Assembly (NCBI GenBank): GCA_902623685.1
Contig: CACNUQ010000002.1
Span: 101,650 to 165,649 of the forward strand
Direction: 5' to 3'
Length of the DNA stretch: 64,000 bases
From: an uncultured SAR86 cluster bacterium
GTDB lineage: Bacteria > Pseudomonadota > Gammaproteobacteria > Magnimaribacterales > D2472
In this document: piece by piece, positions 57,735 to 64,000 of the stretch
How the letters are laid out: every line of letters begins with the position of its first letter
Numbering within the stretch: the stretch's first letter is position 1
Made by a program: the position numbers and the translations under genes
The notes under the pieces: generated by a model
Databases searched by the model: none
What the model was told of the DNA's origin: nothing
The model's input: only the letters and a program-made list of their open reading frames with translations

Positions 57735-60700
57735 TTAATCAACAAGATAAATCCCCTCTGCCATGTAAAAATCATTGGCGCCTGCTGTGCCAGTATCGCC
57801 TGATTTATATAAATTGACGTTCACCCTACCGCCACTCTCATCCGGTGATGAACCACCATACAAAGCGCCTGCCACTGATGCCCCACCCAACCAAGAATTA
57901 CTGAGACTGTCAGTCGAGCTGCCTGTGTAAGTATTGGTTGTACCAGTGATGGCAACATTAAAGGATGTAAAGCCAGCGTTTGAGACAATAGGATTTTTAT
58001 CATCAAAATTGGTAAAGGCTAAAGTTCCAGAATAGCCGCTGGAGCCCCAATTAAAGGTTGCCGCCACATCGGCGCTAGTGGTGTATTTATGCACGTCATA
58101 GTTAGTGCCGGTTTGATTGTAACGATAAGCCACATTCACCACCGCAGCCCCACTCATCGAAGCTGAGCCTGAGGTTGGTATCTCACTTTGATCGACCACT
58201 TCACCGCCGACCCATGTACCCAAGTGAACTGAAGCATTTTGCGTGCCAGCATTGGGAGAAATATCAGCCGCGCTCATGGCCCAAAAACCCCAAGTCGAAT
58301 ACTCTGTATCGGGCATGGAATCATTACCGCCTGAGTGAAACAAATCAGAATCTTCTTTATCCAAAGTATTATAAGAAACCATGACCCCAGCTAAGTTGTT
58401 GGAGCCGCCTGAAGTCCCATCGATTTGAGCGCCATCGTCTTGAATCTCAGCCCCAAAGACTTCACTTGAAATGTAAGCTGATTTTGCTGCATCGTTGGTG
58501 GCATCACCAAACTTCAAAGTCATAGATCCAGTATCCACAGTTGTCCAATTTGAGGTGTAATTATTCGAAGGTGCTGCACTGATAGTCATGGGTGCAACTA
58601 CCTGAACATCATCGTTCGTCGTATCAAACGTAAAGCTAGCCAAGGTACTGCTTGAGCGAATCGAAGAAAGCTGAGAGTTACCTGTGCCACTGACATCAAA
58701 TTCTAAAATGCCACTGAAAAATCCGCTGTAACCTGTGGCACTTGAGGTATAGAAATCAGAGGACCTAAAATCACTTAAGCTTGCATAATCTACCCAAGCC
58801 GAGCCTGAAGGGTTAACATCTTGCACCACAGCTGAAATATTAAAGGAGCCGGTGCTGAAGGTGTCATTGTTGGAGTTATAATTAACTCCCAAAGTCATAT
58901 TACCTGACTTGTAGGGATCAGAAGATGTGATCATGGCGCCGCCAGGCTGATTAATACCTGCATACACGCCAGAGGCATTGGTACCCCAAAAACAACCACT
59001 TTCATTGGAAGTTGCACACTCAATTGGAGAAGTACCATAATTAATACCCAGACCATCATTATCTGCATTGGTTGCACCTTGATAGGACCAATAATGATAA
59101 CCATCCATGCCCAAGCCAGTATCTCCAGCTGAATATCGGGTTGTATCATTTTTTCGATAATCCACATTAGATATCACCACATTCAAAAGACTCTGTTGAT
59201 CGTCTCGAGTGGAATTGCCTGAGGCACCCTCATAAGAATCTTTAAAGGAAATTTGTGCCCAAAGTCCAACCCCGACGCCACTTGGATTGAGAACTTGCCA
59301 CCACATGGATTGACCCTCAGGTAACTCATTGGTGCTCCCACTAAATCTGGAGGTTACAAGCACGTCAGAGCTATCAAGGACGATGCTAGAAAAATCATAG
59401 TAGTTATCATAGGTATTACATGCCGAGGCGTTATTCCCTACCCCTAAGCAATAATCGTGACCAACATCACCATAAGACCAAAGGGTTTTTGGAATGAAAT
59501 TAGGAATAAAATAATCGTCGCTGGTTCCACTGGCAGCAAAGTTTTCAATTGGGATAACTGCCATGGCAATGACTCGCTTGTTGCCATCGGTAAAAGAGGC
59601 AAAATTAGCATCGGTGAAAATTTCTCCGGCTAATGTAACCTGATCTTCGTAGAGGTTGTAAGTACTTGAAGTAATTGAGCCATCACCGGACAAACCAACG
59701 ATCCATTGCATGATGGCGGCATTATTTGCATTGCCAGCATATTGATGATCCCAATTAATATCGTTAACTGCAATCAAAATTCCATTGGTATCGCTGTCGG
59801 TCTGATCAGGCCCCCAATAACCCATAAACTTTGCCAATTTAATCCCATTACCAGCGCTGTTTAAATATCTACCACAGCCATTACAGTAAATGCTATAACC
59901 ATTTATGCCTTCTGCTATGCCGCCACTGCCTGTGTAAGTAGAGTCAATGAGTTCAGTGTCAGTTGAACCATCTCGAGCAGTAAATGTGGCAGTTCCACCG
60001 CCAATGGCAGCCAAAATAGCATTTAACCTGCTTTCATTTACTAAAGATGAGCAGCATTGCTCAGAATAAAGGACATAGAGAACATTGCCTGCGGTTTCTA
60101 AAAAAGTCTCATAACCACTTATATCGGTTATAGATGTGCTTAATCTCAAATCAATAATCAAAGAGTAAGAGCTTAAATCTGCGGGAACCGATGAAGCATA
60201 AACAACATCATAAGTTTTGCCATCTGCCGTAATAGCATCGACCCATTGATCATCCCGATTGCCATAACTTCCGTCATAGCTACTAAAGTTCCATAATATT
60301 AAAGCTTTGCCTCCAACAGCTGCACTGGTAAATGTTATGTCGCTACCTGCCTTGTCAGTGGTCATGAACCAATATTCAGCGCTTTCAAGTCGTCCTGCGG
60401 TCAGGAAATCACCATTGGATATGGTGGTGGTTACGTTCGTGCCTAGAGTACTGTAATACTTGCCATTAATGTCGAAGGAATTTGGTGCAAAAGCAAACTC
60501 CCCATTGCCTGAAGTATCTATGGGGAAATAATAGCGCCAATTTAATACGGTCCCAGAATTAATTTCCACTGGAACATAGTTATTAGTCGTATCGTCCACT
60601 GAAGTAATCGCAGTTGAATTGGTGGTACCGACTTGCTCTAAAGTGAATGCAGCAAGGCTTGATCCAGATGGACCACGGGTAGCCGTGGCACTGAAACCGC

Positions 60701-63700
60701 TTCTAGAAACTGAATTATAAGCTGCAGAATAGCGCAGCACCGCTGATTCAAGCTCTTCTACATTGCCCACATTGACGGTAAAGGTATCGGTGACAGTCGT
60801 ATCTCCTGTGGTTGCCGTGAGCGTTAAGGAATAACTTTTTGCAGTTTCAAAGTCTAAAGTTGCATTGGTGGTAACGTTACCACTGCTATCGACACTAAAA
60901 TTACTGCTGCCAGTCCCACTTAAAGAGTAAGTCACAGAATCGCTATCTGGATTATTGATGCTTGATGAGGCCACGCTGGTACCAGAGCTTGAACTTTCCC
61001 CTATCGCCGCACCACTGTTAGCAAGCGTAACAGACAGGCCATTGATTACTTCATTAGTTACATTCACCGTGAATGTTTCGGTCACTGTGTTGGTGCCATC
61101 TGTTGCCGTTAAAGTAATTGAGTAAGATGTAGTCGTCTCATAATCGAAAGAACCGTTAGTGGTGATAGTGCCATCGCTGGATACACTAAACTTATCACTG
61201 CCGGTTCCAGATAATGAGTAAGTCACCGTGCCACTGCCATCGGTGGTTGTGGTGGTAGTTGTAACAGCAGATCCTGAGCTAACGCCCTCACTAATTGAAA
61301 TGGTACTACTAGCAAGTGCAATGGAAAGTTCAACCACATCAAGCACCGAGAAAGAAATAACTTCAGAAATTGAATGGACTCCGTCGCTGATGGTCAGGGT
61401 AAATGAAAAAGATGTGACTGTTTCATAGTCCAAGCCACCGCTGAGTGAAATGTTGCCATTGCTATCAACTGTAAATTTATCGCTGCCCTCACCTGATAAA
61501 GTGTAAGTGATGGTACCACCTTCAGGATCAGTTGCTGATGCATTGGCAATGGTTGTCCCGACTGCAGCATCCTCTGAGAAAGAGGTTGATGCCATTGCGA
61601 TAGAGGTACTAGGTACTTCATTTACATCTGTAATCGTAATAGCAATAACCTCAGACACTTCATGAACACCATCGGTCACTGTCAGGGTTACGCTGTAACT
61701 TGATACCGTTTCATAATCAAAGTTTGAATTGAGAGTGATGTTTCCCGCAGCATCGATGGAAAAAAGCTCGCTTCCAGTTCCAGATAAAGAATATGTCATA
61801 TCTCCAGCCTCGGGATCAATTGCAGAGAAGGTAGCGATTTGAGAACCTGTGGTGATATCTTCAGCAAAAGAAACTGCAGAAATTACCGTTGATAAAGTGG
61901 GCGCTTCGTTGACATCACTTACTGAAATTAGTATCTCAGTGGTAGTTATATTTTCACCATCAGTAGCTGAAATAGTGATGTTATAACTAGTATCAATTTC
62001 ATAATCCAAACCTCCTGAAAGAGTGATATTACCCTCAGTATCAATACTAAATAAGTCGCTGCCATCTCCAGAAAGGGAAAAAGTAATGTCAGATGACTCT
62101 GGATCTGTTGCATCTATAGATGCTATGGCAAAGCCGATGGATATATCCTCAGCAAATGAGTCCGAGTTAATAACGCTTGAAACCACCGGAGCTTCATTGA
62201 TATCTGCGATGACAATTGATATCTCCTGAGTTGAAATATTAGTCCCATCACTTGCTGAGAGAGTTAGTGAGTATTGGGTGATGCTTTCATAGTCCAAAGG
62301 ATTTTTGACGGAAATATTTCCATTTGCATCGACTTCAAAATCATCACTCCCCTCACCTGAAAGTGAGTAAGTGATTTCACCTCCCTCTGGATCTATGGCC
62401 GAGCTTTCAACTATCACTGAACCTACATCAAGATTTTCTGCAAACGATTCAGCAGCAAGGGAAGATGTTAAGTCTATGGGTTCGTCTATGTCAGATATTG
62501 CAAGCTCAAATGAAATTTCAGAAATATCTCCATTCTCTGATTCAATGGTGACAACAAAACTAAGATTAGTTTGAGTCTCATAATCCAAGGCTTCAACGAG
62601 AACGATTGACATGCTCTCGTCATCAAAGACCACAAACTCTGCATCATCACCAGCAATTGAAACCGTATAGGACAGATCTCCAGGATTTATAAAAGTTAAA
62701 GGTGCCAGAACCTCATCACGAATATTCTCATCAATTGACTGAATAGGATCTGCGCTATCAACCTGAAAAACCGGCGCAACTTCTGCTGATGCCTCTTGAG
62801 TACTTTCTGTTGCTGCCTCACCAATATCGTCAGTAGGATCTTCATTCACATCATCTGGCTCCACAGTAGCTGCATCTACCTCAGCCTCATATGCATCTGC
62901 TGTGCCTAGATCTTCTGGCTCAGCGTTTGACGAAGCATCAGACACTCCTGAAGAATCAAGCATGCTCTCATCAACATCTACATCGTTAGAATCACCTGCA
63001 TCATCAGTAGTCTCTGGTGTTTCCTCTGCAGAAGTATTTCCCTCAAAAGGTTCAGCAATATCTTCACTTTCATCATTGGAAATTGGTGCAGAGTCTGCTT
63101 CACTAGCGTCTTCATTTTGAGCTTCTTCGGACTCAGGAGATGAAGAATCCTCTTCAGTTTGAGCATCTTCGGACTCAGAAGATGAAGAATCCTCTTCAGC
63201 TGGAGATTCTTCGGACTCAGATGATGAAGAATCCTCTTCAGTTTGATCATTTTCTGATTCATCAGCTTCGGTCGTTGAGTTATCCTCTGGCTCATCATCA
63301 GATGCTTCCAAGCCTTCCTGCATTTCATCCAAACTTTCCTCGGTAACTTCAACAGGTTCACTAGGTTCAGAGTCTTCATCCTCTACAGTGACTGAAAAAC
63401 CTGGCTCTGTAACAGTGGTTTGATAATCAGCTGAACACTGATCGCCAAAAGAATCCAAATCAACGCAGTTGGGCGTCACAGTCATCTCTTCACCATATAA
63501 AAAAGTTGCTGTGGTTTCTGGACCGTTCGTCTGCACAATACCTATGCCACCTCTAATACCAACCGTGGCAGAGTTAGTTCGAATAAGCGCAGGTTGTTTT
63601 TTTGTAACTTTGCCACCAACTATCCGCAACAGACCCCTAGCTGTAACCTCCAATGATCCCTCAGCAGTATCTGGGTTATAAATAAATCTATCTAAAACAA

Positions 63701-63977
63701 CGCTAGAATTAGGACCAACGGAAAATGCTGTGCCGTCCAATAACAACATTTGAGCACGTCCAATTTCATCAGTTTCGATGGTATGGTTTTGGATGATTTC
63801 ATAACCAGCTTCAACAAGCTTACGCTCTTGTTCAAGTGTAAGATCAGTTGTATTTTTATTAACTGCAGATGCAACCCCAATCTGCTCCTGCGCATTGACC
63901 TCAGTGGCGACCAAGCCAACAATTAAGACTATCAACGTTAATATGTTTTTAGTTTGCATAATTTTTATTTTAAACAT
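57735..63977 (-). CDS. Giant secreted multidomain protein: FecR-like, acidic tract, seven cadherin-like repeats, unassigned region, TbpB-like C-terminal barrel
   Basis: The ORF is an uninterrupted 2080 aa with a Sec signal peptide (…ATEVNA/QE). Amino acids 60-160 resemble a FecR domain (GRAQMLLLDGTAFSVGPNSSVVLDRFIY). Amino acids 197-400 are D/E/S-rich. Amino acids 401-1075 hold seven repeats of about 96 aa ending in D(V/I)NE(A/V)P-like linkers. The C-terminal 190 aa show the TbpB/handle-barrel pattern (YSTWGFW ... IPTSGSASMSG ... GALYGGSSPDESGG). Confidence 0.85.
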   Translation of the reverse strand: MFKIKIMQTKNILTLIVLIVGLVATEVNAQEQIGVASAVNKNTTDLTLEQERKLVEAGYEIIQNHTIETDEIGRAQMLLLDGTAFSVGPNSSVVLDRFIYNPDTAEGSLEVTARGLLRIVGGKVTKKQPALIRTNSATVGIRGGIGIVQTNGPETTATFLYGEEMTVTPNCVDLDSFGDQCSADYQTTVTEPGFSVTVEDEDSEPSEPVEVTEESLDEMQEGLEASDDEPEDNSTTEADESENDQTEEDSSSSESEESPAEEDSSSSESEDAQTEEDSSSPESEEAQNEDASEADSAPISNDESEDIAEPFEGNTSAEETPETTDDAGDSNDVDVDESMLDSSGVSDASSNAEPEDLGTADAYEAEVDAATVEPDDVNEDPTDDIGEAATESTQEASAEVAPVFQVDSADPIQSIDENIRDEVLAPLTFINPGDLSYTVSIAGDDAEFVVFDDESMSIVLVEALDYETQTNLSFVVTIESENGDISEISFELAISDIDEPIDLTSSLAAESFAENLDVGSVIVESSAIDPEGGEITYSLSGEGSDDFEVDANGNISVKNPLDYESITQYSLTLSASDGTNISTQEISIVIADINEAPVVSSVINSDSFAEDISIGFAIASIDATDPESSDITFSLSGDGSDLFSIDTEGNITLSGGLDYEIDTSYNITISATDGENITTTEILISVSDVNEAPTLSTVISAVSFAEDITTGSQIATFSAIDPEAGDMTYSLSGTGSELFSIDAAGNITLNSNFDYETVSSYSVTLTVTDGVHEVSEVIAITITDVNEVPSTSIAMASTSFSEDAAVGTTIANASATDPEGGTITYTLSGEGSDKFTVDSNGNISLSGGLDYETVTSFSFTLTISDGVHSISEVISFSVLDVVELSIALASSTISISEGVSSGSAVTTTTTTTDGSGTVTYSLSGTGSDKFSVSSDGTITTNGSFDYETTTSYSITLTATDGTNTVTETFTVNVTNEVINGLSVTLANSGAAIGESSSSGTSVASSSINNPDSDSVTYSLSGTGSSNFSVDSSGNVTTNATLDFETAKSYSLTLTATTGDTTVTDTFTVNVGNVEELESAVLRYSAAYNSVSRSGFSATATRGPSGSSLAAFTLEQVGTTNSTAITSVDDTTNNYVPVEINSGTVLNWRYYFPIDTSGNGEFAFAPNSFDINGKYYSTLGTNVTTTISNGDFLTAGRLESAEYWFMTTDKAGSDITFTSAAVGGKALILWNFSSYDGSYGNRDDQWVDAITADGKTYDVVYASSVPADLSSYSLIIDLRLSTSITDISGYETFLETAGNVLYVLYSEQCCSSLVNESRLNAILAAIGGGTATFTARDGSTDTELIDSTYTGSGGIAEGINGYSIYCNGCGRYLNSAGNGIKLAKFMGYWGPDQTDSDTNGILIAVNDINWDHQYAGNANNAAIMQWIVGLSGDGSITSSTYNLYEDQVTLAGEIFTDANFASFTDGNKRVIAMAVIPIENFAASGTSDDYFIPNFIPKTLWSYGDVGHDYCLGVGNNASACNTYDNYYDFSSIVLDSSDVLVTSRFSGSTNELPEGQSMWWQVLNPSGVGVGLWAQISFKDSYEGASGNSTRDDQQSLLNVVISNVDYRKNDTTRYSAGDTGLGMDGYHYWSYQGATNADNDGLGINYGTSPIECATSNESGCFWGTNASGVYAGINQPGGAMITSSDPYKSGNMTLGVNYNSNNDTFSTGSFNISAVVQDVNPSGSAWVDYASLSDFRSSDFYTSSATGYSGFFSGILEFDVSGTGNSQLSSIRSSSTLASFTFDTTNDDVQVVAPMTISAAPSNNYTSNWTTVDTGSMTLKFGDATNDAAKSAYISSEVFGAEIQDDGAQIDGTSGGSNNLAGVMVSYNTLDKEDSDLFHSGGNDSMPDTEYSTWGFWAMSAADISPNAGTQNASVHLGTWVGGEVVDQSEIPTSGSASMSGAAVVNVAYRYNQTGTNYDVHKYTTSADVAATFNWGSSGYSGTLAFTNFDDKNPIVSNAGFTSFNVAITGTTNTYTGSSTDSLSNSWLGGASVAGALYGGSSPDESGGRVNVNLYKSGDTGTAGANDFYMAEGIYLVD
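60753..62777 (-). repeat. Seven tandem cadherin-like coding repeats of about 290 nt
   Basis: The recurring pattern is F.E....G..I......DPE.G.ITYSLSG.GSD.F.VD..GNI.....LDYE....Y.LTL.A.DG...........I.DVNEAP. The repeats have diverged at the nucleotide level. Confidence 0.75.
63114..63251 (-). repeat. Tandem 42-nt repeat, about 3.3 copies, encoding EEDSSSSESE(E/D)xxx
   Basis: Units start at 63126, 63168 and 63210 (ttcggactcagNagatgaagaatcctcttcag...). The protein units are EEDSSSSESEESPA, EEDSSSSESEDAQT and EEDSSSPESEEAQN. Confidence 0.9.
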
Positions 63978-64000
63978 TGATAATTTACCTGAGCAGTGAA

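Noticed and set aside
57821-63922. About a dozen short ORFs (61-133 aa) on both strands inside the giant gene
   Set aside because: The 6.2-kb frame is uninterrupted and internally consistent in its repeats and domain signatures. The short ORFs are products of biased composition, for example the mirror of the acidic tract reads as S/F/E-rich or K/L-rich sequence.

Overview
The window is a low-GC, tightly packed chromosomal segment, most likely from a streamlined marine gammaproteobacterium. That placement is inferred from Pseudomonas-like synteny (purM-purN-DUF3108, hda, a FabY-type condensing enzyme), a proteorhodopsin, a TonB-dependent receptor and very short or overlapping gene junctions. 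All family calls come from motifs I recognise by eye; no database search was run.

Most of the window is core housekeeping:
- Replication, repair and translation: gltX-dnaQ-rnhA, recX-dnaX-recR-dcd, xseA.
- Proteostasis: tig-clpP-clpX-lon-hupB-ppiD, htpG, ibpA.
- Metabolism: oppABC, fabI, folD, folE, gpsA, purMN.
- Envelope: sppA, mltD, a dsbD-like reductase.
- Five tRNAs, all on the minus strand: His, Arg-UCU, Pro-UGG, Asp, Val-UAC.

I saw no rRNA, CRISPR array, IS element, integrase or prophage.

Most unusual items, in rough order of interest:
1. A 2080-aa secreted protein (57735-63977, minus strand). It combines a FecR-like N-terminus, an acidic Ser/Asp/Glu tract with 42-nt tandem repeats, seven cadherin-like repeats, about 815 aa I cannot assign, and a C-terminal TbpB-like beta-barrel signature.
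2. An adjacent BacNav-type voltage-gated channel whose selectivity filter reads TYDDW instead of TLESW, resembling engineered Ca-selective filters.
3. A blue-tuned (Q105) proteorhodopsin as a single-gene unit bracketed by tRNA-Asp and tRNA-Val, with no retinal-synthesis genes in the window.
4. An A10 slippery run in dnaX, with stops close behind in both alternative frames, at the expected tau/gamma boundary.
5. A translationally coupled hydrolase-DASS-GGT-EthD cassette downstream of a TonB-dependent receptor.
6. An unannotated 46-codon DUF2256-type zinc-ribbon ORF.
7. Sigma32-type promoters for htpG and ibpA, plus a multi-hairpin ibpA leader.
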